Positions 27,065-42,399 are shown, counted from the first letter of the whole stretch. The stretch is 63,195 bases of DNA, filler included, from Octopus bimaculoides (GCF_001194135.2; 7 parts of 6 records of this genome joined end to end with filler, not necessarily neighbours in it); one strand, 5' to 3'. The notes: generated by a model not told the origin, from the sequence alone. Program-made: numbers and translations.

Positions 27065-27205
27065 ACGTCGGGCTTTTACCAAATCCACTCACAAGGCTTT
27101 GGTCGGCCCCAGGCTATAGTGGAAGACACTTGCCTTAGGTGCCACGAGGTGGGACTGAACCCGGAACCATGTGGTTGGGAAGCAAGCTTCTTACCACACA
27201 GCCGT
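27065..27205 (-). mobile_element. SINE family B 5' half
   Basis: Reverse complement of GGCTGTGTGGTAAGAAGCTTGCTTCCCAACCACATGGTTCCGGGTTCAGTCCCAC. Confidence 0.85.
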
Positions 27206-27214
27206 GTTGTTGTT

Positions 27215-27645
27215 TATTCTAGTGCAAGGCTCGATCCAGTAGGCCTATGATTCAAAAACATTCCACCCGGGACCACTCCATCCTAAATCAGACTATATCA
27301 TCCAATATGGCTCCCATTTTTTTTCTGAAATAAACATTCGAATGCTATGTAAGGGAGAGTTGGTTGTTATTTCTAATGTATCGAGTTTACCACTGAGAGG
27401 CTCCTCGTCAGAAAAATTAATAATGTAGTTATTGTCGGTGTTATGTAGCTCCGAGTTATCCCTGACGCAAGAAACTTGTAATCAAAGACATTCCAGCCGT
27501 GACCGTCACATTTTATTTGTTTCAGTCATAGAATTTCTAGTACCATATTTATTATCAGATGTGTCCTCATATCTTTTAAAAGATTCTAAGGTATGATTTG
27601 AAGGACATTTGGCTGCTATTTCTAGCACGTGGAGCGACCACGTAG
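27215..27645 (+). mobile_element. Two copies of an interspersed repeat (family E); related pieces at ~8270-8400 and ~53170-53295
   Basis: Recurring TCAAAG(G)ACATTCCAGCCGTGACC and TTGGCTGCTATTTCTAG segments. Confidence 0.55.
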
Positions 27646-27907
27646 TTGTTGCTGCTGGTGAATATATCACATCATCATCACTTTATATTGTTGCTGCTGC
27701 CATCAAGCCTTACGCACAGCATACAGCAGCGCATCTGTCTGTACAAGCTATAGCTATACCAAAGAAATTGTGTACACATACTCTGTTTATTTGCCATTAA
27801 GCAAGTTTGTTGACAGTTTCGTTAGACACACATGCGCATACACACACACACACGTATATATACATAAGCATACATAATACATACATACATACATACATAC
27901 ATACACA

Positions 27908-27908
27908 C

Positions 27909-27971
<63 letters not shown>

Positions 27972-28036
27972 CGTCCATCTATCTATCTATCTATCTATCC
28001 ATCCATCCGTCCATCTATCTATCCATCTATCTATCC

Positions 28037-28100
<64 letters not shown>
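27908..28100. repeat. (ATCT)n/(ATCC)n tract
   Basis: Direct reading. Confidence 0.95.
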
Positions 28101-28102
<2 letters not shown>

Positions 28103-28694
28103 TTGTATGTATATGAATGACTGATACAGCTTGTCTTACAACTTTTGCAGAATCACCTATTTTATAGGAAATTGCTAATTTATGTAGACCAATCAATATC
28201 AATTAGAAAAAAAGAAATACAAAACAAAGCCAAAAAAAAGTGCTCTCTGATTTGAATCATTTTTCATATTACACCTGATCGCTAATGAAAGATTTCTATG
28301 TGAACGCAGAGAAGTATGAGGTAGAAAAACAAGTGTTGAAAACAGAGAGAAACATTTATAATTTGATGGTACGAGTCTTTTAACGAAAAGAAGAGTTATA
28401 CAATTAAAGGATTATTTTGGTGGAAGCATTGAAAGACAAAAAAGAAAGTTATAACGAAACATAAGAGGAAAAGATGAAATAGAAGAAATGTGAAGTTTAA
28501 AGCTGTGAAAATGGAATATTATTACGTTGAGTGTTCAAAAAGGTAAGAGGATGTCTATTTTGTTGTACTGTTATCTCTCGCTTTTTCATTCTGGCACCTT
28601 GCGTTCCGAATTGGCTCGAGTTCAAAACCTGCTGAGGTCAACTTTGTCGCTTATTCTTTCAGAGACGATACATACATACATACGAGAATATATA

Positions 28695-28838
28695 TACTCT
28701 TTTATTCTTTTACTTGTTTCAGCCATTTCACTGCGGCCATGCTGGAACACCGCCTTTAGTCGAACAAATCGACCCCAGCACTTATTCTTTGTAATCCTAG
28801 TACTTATTCTATCGGCTTCTTTTGCCGAAGCGCTAAGT
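28695..28838 (-). mobile_element. SINE family B 3' half running into a gap
   Basis: TACTCTTTTATTCTTTTACTTGTTTCAGCCATTTCACTGCGGCCATGCTGGAACACCGCCTTTAGTCGA. Confidence 0.85.
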
Positions 28839-29769
28839 NNNNNNNNNNNNNNNNNNNNNNNNNNNNNNNNNNNNNNNNNNNNNNNNNNNNNNNNNNNNNN
28901 NNNNNNNNNNNNNNNNNNNNNNNNNNNNNNNNNNNNNNNNNNNNNNNNNNNNNNNNNNNNNNNNNNNNNNNNNNNNNNNNNNNNNNNNNNNNNNNNNNNN
29001 NNNNNNNNNNNNNNNNNNNNNNNNNNNNNNNNNNNNNNNNNNNNNNNNNNNNNNNNNNNNNNNNNNNNNNNNNNNNNNNNNNNNNNNNNNNNNNNNNNNN
29101 NNNNNNNNNNNNNNNNNNNNNNNNNNNNNNNNNNNNNNNNNNNNNNNNNNNNNNNNNNNNNNNNNNNNNNNNNNNNNNNNNNNNNNNNNNNNNNNNNNNN
29201 NNNNNNNNNNNNNNNNNNNNNNNNNNNNNNNNNNNNNNNNNNNNNNNNNNNNNNNNNNNNNNNNNNNNNNNNNNNNNNNNNNNNNNNNNNNNNNNNNNNN
29301 NNNNNNNNNNNNNNNNNNNNNNNNNNNNNNNNNNNNNNNNNNNNNNNNNNNNNNNNNNNNNNNNNNNNNNNNNNNNNNNNNNNNNNNNNNNNNNNNNNNN
29401 NNNNNNNNNNNNNNNNNNNNNNNNNNNNNNNNNNNNNNNNNNNNNNNNNNNNNNNNNNNNNNNNNNNNNNNNNNNNNNNNNNNNNNNNNNNNNNNNNNNN
29501 NNNNNNNNNNNNNNNNNNNNNNNNNNNNNNNNNNNNNNNNNNNNNNNNNNNNNNNNNNNNNNNNNNNNNNNNNNNNNNNNNNNNNNNNNNNNNNNNNNNN
29601 NNNNNNNNNNNNNNNNNNNNNNNNNNNNNNNNNNNNNNNNNNNNNNNNNNNNNNNNNNNNNNNNNNNNNNNNNNNNNNNNNNNNNNNNNNNNNNNNNNNN
29701 NNNNNNNNNNNNNNNNNNNNNNNNNNNNNNNNNNNNNNNNNNNNNNNNNNNNNNNNNNNNNNNNNNNNA

Positions 29770-31279
29770 AAGGAAAAGATTGTAAAAAGGAAACCCATAT
29801 TTTTAATTATCAAAAGTTTATTTATTTGCTTATTGTTTTTAGTCAAGTACGAACATTTCGTCCTCTTCTGGAACATCGTCATAAATTATCAAACCTCGAA
29901 CTTCAAACTTGGAAATCTATTTACTGTAGAATCATGGACCCCAATCTCTCATGTTTGGCAATATAACTTTCCTTATATGAACACTTTTTTGTCCAAGTAC
30001 CCCGCTTGTAGTGCATTGGCAATGCAACTGTCGGTAATTTTATTCCATGAATTCTTCACCCAATTCACGACTTCTTGGAGGTTGGGTTTAACAAAGTTTC
30101 CACGCTGATTTCTCTCCATTCTGTGTTCGATATGTTCATTCAATTCCATCTGCAAATATTCCTTGAAGGGTTAGTTTATTACAAAATCTAATGTTTGTAG
30201 ATATGAAGTCATTCCAGCGAGAATTGTCATGTGATGGATTCTTCTTTCAGAAAGGAAGGTTTTCATATCTTTTGCGCGATGAGTCCTGGCCGAATCCCAG
30301 ACTAAAAGACCTCTTTGAGAACCACGTAAAACAAGTGGCGTAGTTAAATCAACCCATTTTCTTATAACAGCTTGTGTGCACCAAGCCTTTTCCGTTTCAA
30401 GGACATAAATACCTGAAACTCGTTCTATTTTCTCTTTTTTGCCCTTTGTGATGATAAGCGGTAGGACTTTGCTCCACCAAGACGAATTTCTAAAATTCAA
30501 GCACCTCTTGCACTTTCGTAACGCGTTGAGGCAACGTAGATTGATGAGGTACGTGTCTGTTCAATTATCGTTTTAGATCTTTGGCCCATAAATGCTGCTG
30601 TCTCATCCATAGCAATTATAATGGAGAGACTGTATTTAGAAAAGCCGATGCCATCATCGAAGGACTTGAATGCAAGTGAACGTTGAATCACTTCAGAATC
30701 CTCCAGCTTGAACAGTGTTGTCGATCTTCTTACAGAGAGTTCATATCACCGAAGAAAGTTATCCAACTAATGAGGTGATGCTTTGAAAATCGCTGGGGTT
30801 ATATCCAACTGTGGTGCCATCGCAAGAGCAAATTCTTGAATATCAGCCCTGCGTGCAACAAAACCCTTTGTTCTTCTGTCAGCAATCCATCCCAAGGTGA
30901 TATCTTCCAGCTCCGAAAATAACGGTTGTCGACCTGATTCACACTTGCGCTTCTTAGCACTTCCCTCATCCACCTGTCTGCTGAGATTATCGTTTTCGAA
31001 CCATTCAGAGATCCAACACCTTCTTACAGAAAGCCGTACGATTCTTGTTATGTGACTCTTCCACAATTCCTTTCTTGTACTCCACGGATTAACTCTTTCT
31101 ATTTGCTCTCATCTTGCTTGGGGGACAAGGGAGTCAAGCCAAGGAAATCAACTCCATGCATGCGTGCTTAGCGCAGACTTTAGCCAAGCTGCGGTAGTTG
31201 GTTTATTTTGCAAACATCACATGGTCTTACTAACAAGCTGATCCATTTTTGATTAGGTCTTACTTTCGGGGAAACACGG
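29770..31279 (-). mobile_element. pogo-superfamily (Tc1/mariner-related) DNA transposon, DD35D, inactive
   Basis: 5' TIR TACCGTGTTTCCCCGAAAGTAAGACC at ~31254-31279. CENP-B-type HTH (GRQPLFSELEDITLGWIADRR...DIQEFALAM), IAMDET, LVWDSA...(35 aa)...LQTLD, C-terminus KNSWNKITDSCIANALQAGY. The 3' TIR would lie in the N-gap. Confidence 0.9.
29850..31113 (-). pseudogene. pogo DDE_1 transposase with stops and frameshifts
   Basis: ORF-track fragments 30767-31066, 30497-30691, 30171-30500 and 29973-30155 are colinear parts of one transposase, beginning MRANRKS*SVEYKKGIVEES. Confidence 0.88.
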
Positions 31280-32158
31280 TATATATATGTATATACATAC
31301 ATACATATATATATATATATTTTTATAAGATCTGGTAATTAGTCATATATTAATATATTAATTAATATCGATTAATTATCAGGGGGCCAGCACATTTAAA
31401 GAATCAAAGAGATTCAGAAATATTATCTGCAATCTCAGGGGATTAAGGTACATTTTAAAAATAACGTCGACCACTAACGTGGACAATTAATGCGCTAGAA
31501 ATAGATCACATTTTGTGTCTATTAAGACCTAAAAAGTTCTCAACATGAAATATAGCAGCATACCAAAAACGTGAGCGGGCAAGACATTTAAAATCACCTT
31601 AAAAAATCATTATTAAACAGGAACCAGGTTTCGGNNNNNNNNNNNNNNNNNNNNNNNNNNNNNNNNNNNNNNNNNNNNNNNNNNNNNNNNNNNNNNNNNN
31701 NNNNNNNNNNNNNNNNNNNNNNNNNNNNNNNNNNNNNNNNNNNNNNNNNNNNNNNNNNNNNNNNNNNNNNNNNNNNNNNNNNNNNNNNNNNNNNNNNNNN
31801 NNNNNNNNNNNNNNNNNNNNNNNNNNNNNNNNNNNNNNNNNNNNNNNNNNNNNNNNNNNNNNNNNNNNNNNNNNNNNNNNNNNNNNNNNNNNNNNNNNNN
31901 NNNNNNNNNNNNNNNNNNNNNNNNNNNNNNNNNNNNNNNNNNNNNNNNNNNNNNNNNNNNNNNNNNNNNNNNNNNNNNNNNNNNNNNNNNNNNNNNNNNN
32001 NNNNNNNNNNNNNNNNNNNNNNNNNNNNNNNNNNNNNNNNNNNNNNNNNNNNNNNNNNNNNNNNNNNNNNNNNNNNNNNNNNNNNNNNNNNNNNNNNNNN
32101 NNNNNNNNNNNNNNNNNNNNNNNNNNNNNNNNNNNNNNNNNNNNNNNNNNNNNNNNNN

Positions 32159-32219
32159 ATGGTCTTACTAACAAGCTGATCCATTTTTGATTAGGTCTTA
32201 CTTTCGGGGAAACACGGTA
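32159..32219 (-). mobile_element. Second copy of the pogo 5' terminus/TIR
   Basis: Matches ~31220-31280, including the following (TA/CATA) flank. Confidence 0.75.
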
Positions 32220-32244
32220 TATATATGTATATACATACATACAT

Positions 32245-34530
<2,286 letters not shown>

Positions 34531-34880
34531 TATAGTATCTCCCGTCGTAGAAGACGACGTATAAATGTTCAGCTTTTGCTGAACGAAGCTAACACATGAT
34601 TTGTCTATAGTGACCAAATGTATGTACTGTACATTAGCTCAATCCCTTGATGAAATCGACGGTGCTGTAACAGATGCACAGTATACCACATGTCAGGTGT
34701 CGAAGTGATCACAGAATAACATGAAATGAAGTGTTTTGCTCGAGAACAATAAAATAAAGTACCAGTTAAATACTGGTGTCGATTTAATTTACTTAGCCCT
34801 TTTCCCACAAAATCTTTAACCTTTGCTTATCAAAGAAATTGTTACTATTGTTGTTGTTGTTGTTATTATTATTATTATTA

Positions 34881-34975
<95 letters not shown>

Positions 34976-35386
34976 TTATGTTTGACTTTTGTTTTGCATT
35001 TGTACAAGTTGGATCCAAGTCTCACCCAGAGACCTCAAGAGACAACAAGTTAGAAGTTCATGTAGGTGTTATGCCTAGGGTACCATATATTTGGATTTGT
35101 NNNNNNNNNNNNNNNNNNNNNNNNNNNNNNNNNNNNNNNNNNNNNNNNNNNNNNNNNNNNNNNNNNNNNNNNNNNNNNNNNNNNNNNNNNNNNNNNNNNN
35201 NNNNNNNNNNNNNNNNNNNNNNNNNNNNNNNNNNNNNNNNNNNNNNNNNNNNNNNNNNNNNNNNNNNNNNNNNNNNNNNNNNNNNNNNNNNNNNNNNNNN
35301 AGTTTTGTTCAAGTGAATGTTTAAGAAACCATAAGAAAATTATGTGTTTGCTTTAAAATTTGAGATCACGTAGACAGTATTTTACG
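34976..35386 (-). mobile_element. 5'-truncated R4/Dong-like LINE 3' end embedded in (TAA)n
   Basis: Minus strand begins RKILST* (ORF end), continues through the 3' UTR across a 200-N gap, and ends GAGGTCTCTGGGTGAGACTTGGATCC...CAAACATAA(AAT)n. (ATT)n on both sides. Confidence 0.7.
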
Positions 35387-35393
35387 TTTATTA

Positions 35394-35446
<53 letters not shown>

Positions 35447-35500
35447 GTTGTTGTTGTTGTTGATGTTGTTGTTGCTGTTATTATTGTTATTATTATTACT

Positions 35501-35948
35501 AAGGCGGTGAGCTGGCAGAATCGTTAGTACGCCGGGCAAGATGCTTAGTGGTATTTCTCCAGTTTTTACGTTCTGAGTTCAAATTCCGCCGAGGTCGACT
35601 TTGCCTTTCATCCTTTCGGAGTCGATAAATTAAGTACCAGTTACGAACTGGGGTTGATGTAATCGACACCCCCTCCCCAAAACTGCTGCCCTTGTGGCAA
35701 AGATTTGAAATCATCATTATTATCATTAAGGTGGGCAGCTGGCAGAAACGTTAGCACGCCGAGCAAAATACTTAGCTGCATTTCGTCTGTCTTTATGTTC
35801 TGAGTTCAAATTCCACCGAGGTCGACTTTTCCCGTCATTTTTTCGGGGTCGATAAATTAAGTACCAGTGAAACACTGAGATCGATATAATCCACTAGTCC
35901 CCTCCCCCAAAATGTCAGGCCTTGTGCCTATAGTAGAAAGGATTATTA
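35501..35948 (+). mobile_element. Head-to-tail dimer of SINE family A
   Basis: Copies at 35501-35720 and 35728-35948, each starting AAGG(C/T)GG..AGCTGGCAGAA after an (ATT) run. Confidence 0.88.
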
Positions 35949-35989
35949 TGTGATGAAAACTCACATCATATTTTGCTGGGTATGATGGA

Positions 35990-36230
35990 ATGTGTCAGGT
36001 GTCCACAGCCAGCAGACTAAGGTGACTCTTGTTTACTGGTCATGCCTCAAAAACCCCGCGAAGAATTTTTGCAGTTCCAAGCAATGCTGATTTTTGTAGG
36101 TGTTCTGCCTTCACACTTGCACCAATCTTTTTCAGTCATGTTGGCAGTTGAGTGCTGATACTTCCAAGTGCGTCAATTACTATTGGTATCACGTCTACTC
36201 TCCTCATCAACCACAACCATCATATTTTCC
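35990..36230 (-). mobile_element. R4-clade (restriction-like endonuclease) LINE 3' fragment
   Basis: Minus translation VDVIPIVIDALGSISTQLPT*LKKIGASVKAEHLQKSALLGTAKILRGVFEA*, the typical C-terminus of R4/Dong ORFs. Confidence 0.8.
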
Positions 36231-38319
36231 ACTTCAAATCGTCATAGTTGTTTATCAGATTAAAATACCTTGTTGTATAATGCCAATTTACTTCCTGAGA
36301 TCAAATCCTGCCGAAGTTGACTTTACATTTCATTCTTCCGAGAGCTATAAAATAAATACCTATCCAGTACCGAGATCGATCAAGTCAATTATACCTTATT
36401 CCAGATTGTAAGACAGTGGATTGACAGTACTTGTTGAGCTGTTACCAATATTATTAGTAAAATGGTGGATGATAGACTCAATAGAGAAATCCTTATTCTG
36501 ATAGATAAAATAGTAGCAGCATGGTAGAATTGTTAGGGCGGCATTTTGTTCTGCCTCCTTCCGGTCTGGATTCACATACCATTGAAGCTGTTTTTGTATT
36601 TCGTCAGTCAGGAAACAGTAAAACACTTGCTGCTCATATAATAGGGATCCCACTTGGTTTCAGTCACCTGAGCCGCCTGCTAATTGAATTATAGCGTAAG
36701 TGGATGAGTATTCAACAAGCATATATATATAAATACCTTTAACTCTTTTATTGCATAAATCAGATTTCTTCATTGAAAATTTCAATGCTCTTTACTGTGG
36801 AAAGCAATTTTATATATCAGTATATTGTTGAGGAATTAAGATATTTGAGACATGTCAAGTTTATTGAAGCAATGGGACTTGCAGAAAATACCAATTCTAA
36901 AGGGCTTCTACACCGCTTCCGTCTAATCAATGTCACCCACAAACCTTTGATCGAGGCGAGGCTATAGTAAAAGACACTAGTTGAAGATGCCACGTTGTAG
37001 GATCAAACTCGGGACCTGGTGATTGCAATACGAACTTCTTAATTATTCGGCTATGCTACGTCTACAAGTTATGTACTAGGTTTGATTTAATCACCTAAAC
37101 GAACGTCTTCCACACAAAAATGTATTGTGGCCATGTGCCTAAGTTAGAAATATTTATTTTGTAGCTTTACGAAGACACTATCGGTCTGTAGAGTTTACTT
37201 TATCCTTTAGTCAGGAGAGAAGGCAGTGACATTGACTGTTTATGGATTTTCCCAGACTTGTGTAAAGAAAGGATGAAGGTATTCTCAAGAAGGAGACCTT
37301 CCCAAATGCTTGCAATAGAGTATACTCCACTAAAAACACTCAAGGCGCTAGACAGTGCTGCTAAAATATATCATTTAAATAAGCCATGGCAAGATTTGAA
37401 CTCAGGACGCAAAAAGCCAGAAGAAACACCATAAAAAAATCGATCCCAAGATTATGGAAGGCAAAATTAACGTCGGTAGAATTTGATATCAGGATACAGA
37501 GAATCAGAACAAATACTGCAAGTATTTCTGTCTGACGCTATAACAACTTTGCCTCTTCATCGTTGATAACACGTATTTTGACATAATATTCCTTGCAGAC
37601 ATACACAACATATATAGTTCCATTTTTTTCCAATTAATGATTACTGAATTTTAGCAAACAATTGATACTATCAAGACATTAATTGCTTCAAGATCGATAA
37701 AATACGTATTTCTAATAGATTCATGCACGAGATATAACTGTGTTACTGGAACAAGTGTAGCATTTTGTTGTTTTGTTGTTGTTGCTGCTGGTTGAGTTAC
37801 TACTAATTTTATATATTCTTATTTTTTTCTGTAGCAGCAAGCTCACCTCTATGCAACTCAGAGATATACATTTTTGTCTATGTGCAAATGTGTTGAGAGA
37901 AAAACTTCACATAAAATGTATGCTGTGGTTAGTAGTATACTATTTTTTATGTGTGCAAATACATGATGCCAGTTTGTGATTTTATCTCTGTTCATCTTTG
38001 TTTCTGTTGTAATGGGGCTATTATAACAGCTTAATGTACTAATCTCACGCATATAGTTTACCACAATCTTAAAATCCCTTTTATTGTCATAGTTCTCAAC
38101 TAACACTTTGAGAGCAATATTCTGATCGGAAGAGATCAATATGTCGATATTTCTTCTTCCCAGTTATAACAATAATACCTGGGAAGTGTTCTCTTATTTT
38201 CTTTTTCAGTTTACGCAAGTTTGCCCCAGGGTGTTGTAACTTCATTATTTTCAGCGGCAGTTATTGTTAAGTGTTTACACTATTTGAATGGTGAGCTAAG
38301 AGAGGGCTCCCATCATCGT

Positions 38320-38665
38320 AGTGATCCGTGATTCTAAGAAACCTTGGAAAGGCCAATCGATGCGCATCCTCACTGCTTATGCAATTCCTTCCCAGGACTT
38401 TGAAAGATTTGCTGCAGAGAGAAAGCTAAAGCAAAGAGTTACCTATGACGTTATGCAACAGTTTGAAGCTGAACGCACCGAGCAAAAGGATGAACGAACA
38501 ACGTGTCACGAATGCCATATTCAGTCACCAAATACAATAGAGTTCTTCAACCATGTCTGGCTTGTCCTCGGATCTGTCTCTTTCGTATTATTCTATTTAC
38601 GTACTCACTAGGGGCTTGGTGGCACTGGAGGATGTAGAAGGATAACTGCGTCGCCGAATCGATGA
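38320..38665 (+). mobile_element. RTE-clade LINE 3' fragment
   Basis: ERFAAERKLKQRVTYDVMQQFEAER... then, frameshifted, PCLACPRICLFRIILFT, matching the RTE C-terminal zinc-finger-like end; followed by a (CCAG/CCAT)n tract. Confidence 0.65.
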
Positions 38666-39949
38666 CCAGCCATAACCAGCCAGCTAGCCAGCCAACCAGT
38701 CAGCCATCCATCCATCCAGCCATCCATCCATCCATCCAGCCAGCCAGCCAGCCATCTCGTCAGCTAGTCAAGCAGCCATATTGTCTGCCTAGATTTAGTA
38801 GTGTTTATTATCCAAAGAATATGCTTCTTACCCGATCTAAAAGTGAATAGTCTGAGACGATGTAGTCAATCGTCTTGTGGTATTAAACACTGTCTGTCTG
38901 TCTCTCACTCTGTCTCGGACTCTGTCTGTCTCTCTTTCTCTCTCTCTTTCTCCCTCTCTCTTGATTGGTTATAATTTGGATGTAGTTTCATGCTTTGTTA
39001 ACTCTTGTGTTCTGCAGCAATTATAAAACTTCTCTGAATTTTTAGATGGGTTTAGTAACTCATTTTTTTAGTATGTTTCACACTACCCGACTCCTGTGCA
39101 GTCAGACTGGGGAGGAGTCCCTATTTTAGCTCGTCTTGCAAGGGTTTACTGTGTCACTTCTGTTTCCTGTTTTATTTCTTTTCAATTCTCTTTTCTGTCA
39201 GTGACTACTTCAATGTTTCCACTCTTTGTCCTCTAATTACTTTCTTATTTAGGGCAAACATAAATTGATGATACAATTTTAATGAAATACAGTGTGTATC
39301 TTTATTTGCAACATAACCTAGCAAATACAGTATCTTTTTCAATGGATATTATCTACTCTGGAAAGGCCAAAAGTTAAAATGAAGACTAAAACAGAACTGT
39401 TCCCATCTGAGCTGGGTAGAAGTTTGCTTTTGGCACCATTTAAAAACTGTTTTACAAAAATTGTTGAGTTTACATTAATTTTCAATGTAACTTTATCAGA
39501 GAAGCATTAAGAGCCAATAACAAGAAAGGGTCGTAGCATTAGATACTCGTGCACTTCTTTAAAAGATAACAGATTATTATATTTTTTGTACACATGAAAT
39601 GAATTCAAAAAGATAAATAGAATTTGTAAAAAAAATAAACATTTACAGTACAGCCGGCTCACTTAAAAAATAACCAATTACTACACTTTTATAGACAGTA
39701 ATATCAATATAAATAATTCCACCGATACGTTTAACCACGATAATAACAGAAAAACATACATGCAGATTTTACCAAACGAAAGAATCCTGAAATTGTTTGT
39801 CAGCATTAGAAGAAGAAATTTAGCCTGTCATTTGCTAACGCTACCAGAAACAGACAGATTCTAGATATAAACCATTTAACTGAGAAAGAAAACTGTTTGA
39901 CTGTATTATGTAACCAATGCAAACGTGTTTTGCTAGAAGCCACAACACA

Positions 39950-41140
39950 ACTGCAAAGAAAAAAATAGATAAAGAAAGATAACTTATTTTTGCATCTCCA
40001 AAGGTTACATTCCTGAGGTGTCAAATATCTTTCTTACAGGCATTGATGTGCCGTGCAAAATTTTTCAGAAGAGTCAGGAAATTCACCTCGATATCTTCAC
40101 CTAATCATTTAAACATTTTGCAAACGTCCTTATAGCTACAATTACAACTGAAACGACGAAATTTTACGGCATTTCCCAATTCTCTGATGTTCATGTTTTA
40201 GGTTTCAGTATGTTTGTATTTTCTCAAATTTTTACCTACAACTTTAATATCAGACAGGTAAGCAATATTGCTAAAGCAACACACTCTTTCCTTTTCATTG
40301 AGTATCACAGTATCACAGAAATCGTCCCATTCGCCTACCTGCTTGAATTATCACATTCCATAGCACTTTTGCATGATCTTTTTTAAGGACGTGTTGTTTT
40401 ATGGTCTTAACATTTTACACATGTTCAAATACAATTTTTTTTACAAATTCCCAATGCACGATTTTAACAATTTTGTCATGTCTCCAGTTCTTATAAATTC
40501 TCTGAGTAAGCATTCTACATTCAGAAGTAACATGTACAACCAATTCTCTTTCATTACACATTCTACATGCAGCCAAAATGTCTTTTTTATCTGTTTGTTT
40601 GATGTATCATATTCTGACTGATTGATTTACGCATCTACGATTAACCCGTCTTTCTCTTCAAAAACTCCATCTTTAAGCATTGAAATGATTTTTGGTTTCG
40701 ATACTCTTCAGTACTTTGAGTAGAATTTTCAAGTAAACCTTTCTGCTCATATCGTTGCTTTCTAACTCCAAGAAAGTCGACTTCTCCGTTCATTTAGCTT
40801 AACATTCCCCCACTCTTACTGCTACCAAAGGTACCACATCACTGTCAGCAATGTCTACTTTTTTCTACCTACTCCTGTTATTAGTTTTCTGTCCTTATCA
40901 ATCAGATCCATCCATCTTTTCTGTTGGAATACAATGTCAACATCCGCTCGAGAGTGTAAGGCTCACTTGACTGTCAACAATTTCCTTGTTTTTCTATCTA
41001 CCATCTGAAACTGACACTCGCATTTTTCTGCTCTTTTGGTAAATTTATTGTCAATCTCATAGCATTTCTTAATATTTTAAATTCCATTGACTCTTTCAAT
41101 AACCGATACCTTAATGGTATCGACGGAAATCCTCCCATAT
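39950..41140 (-). mobile_element. Old R4/Dong-clade LINE 3' fragment (CCHC knuckle + REL endonuclease region)
   Basis: Minus translation AACRMCNERELVVHVTSECRMLTQRIYKNWRHDKIVKIVHW (40450-40576; C-X2-C-X7-H-X4-C + RHD), AKVLWN..., VVIVAIRT..., RKIFDT end. Many stops. Confidence 0.82.
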
Positions 41141-41294
41141 TTAGCGTTCAACTGACAATATTGCAATTATAATTCATTATTGGAAGAGCTAAAGTATTGA
41201 TACCGATCGCCTTATTTATTTTCTTTTTCCTTTTTGGCATTTGCTGTTGTTTTCCCTATCAATCAATTATTATTGTTGTTGTTGCTATTATTAT

Positions 41295-41770
41295 TGAGTG
41301 AGAGAGCAGTGCATGCCATCAAAGTTACACTGGGGTAAAATATAAGTAGCCCAGTATACACATCATGACTACTCGCCTGGTAAGAGTACGCCAGGCACAT
41401 GCATCACAACCATATGTGCTCCACATGGTGACCTTATATCAAGATAAACAGTGCATGACCTTGCAAGTGGGGCCCTGTTAGAATTTTCTTCAAGTTGAGT
41501 AGCTCATCCCGCTCAAAAGGTCCCTGAATAAGGTTTGTTTAAGGATGTTGAACGAAACACCCATGTTTTCACAGGTGAATAATTGAAACTCCAAAGAATT
41601 CCTCTCAAGACATGGCTATGGTGCTTCCCCACTACTTCTGCTCGTGATCAGAGATGCACATATCGTCAGTCACCAAGGGACATGCTCAACTGGTTAAGAT
41701 CAAACAAATGAAAAGCAAATCTGTGGTACTGAGCAGAATATCTGCTGTAGCCCGTCTTTACCAAGATTAC
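41295..41770 (-). mobile_element. Interspersed repeat with (AAT)n tail; partial copy at ~16615-16730
   Basis: CTGCTC.T.ATCAGAGATGC.CATAT.GTCA...GCAAATCTGTGGTACTGAGCAGAATAT occurs at both loci. Confidence 0.65.
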
Positions 41771-42399
41771 ATTGCAATTAAATATATCTCTTCACTTTCA
41801 CTTGGAACGTAACATGTTATATATAAACGACAATACACTTCTTTCGTTCGATTTTCATCAATGAGATGGGCTTAATTTTCCACTGCACGTAAACGTAGAT
41901 AGGATAACGGTATTTACGATGATATTGAGCTCAGTAACATATATTCTGTTCAAGATAAATCGAAGTGTGTGTATGCGTGTGTGTATGTCTGTGTCTATGT
42001 GTCTGTGTGTGTGCGTGTATTAAGATTTACAGGCATAATTTAGCCAGTAATATTTCATTGCTTTTTAGCGGGGAGACCAAACTGATAGTTTGATAATCCG
42101 CTAAAATAAACATTAAAAATCGAAAGGAGAAAATAAACAGCTTTGCAAGTTTAACTCAGTGTTTATTGAACAAGAGAGGCGCGAAATTTAAGAAGCGACT
42201 TGTTCGAACATACATGTCTGTGAGGAGACATAATCAAGAATAGCAAAAATCAACTATACCGAAAGAACTGGTAATACATCCATTACAAGTGTTCTATGAA
42301 GAGAACATAAGATTGCTGCGTAATTCAACATGAATGTGAAGCGACATTAAACATCGTATAAGGTAAATGAAGGTTTCTGTAGTCATATTCACTTAGTGA

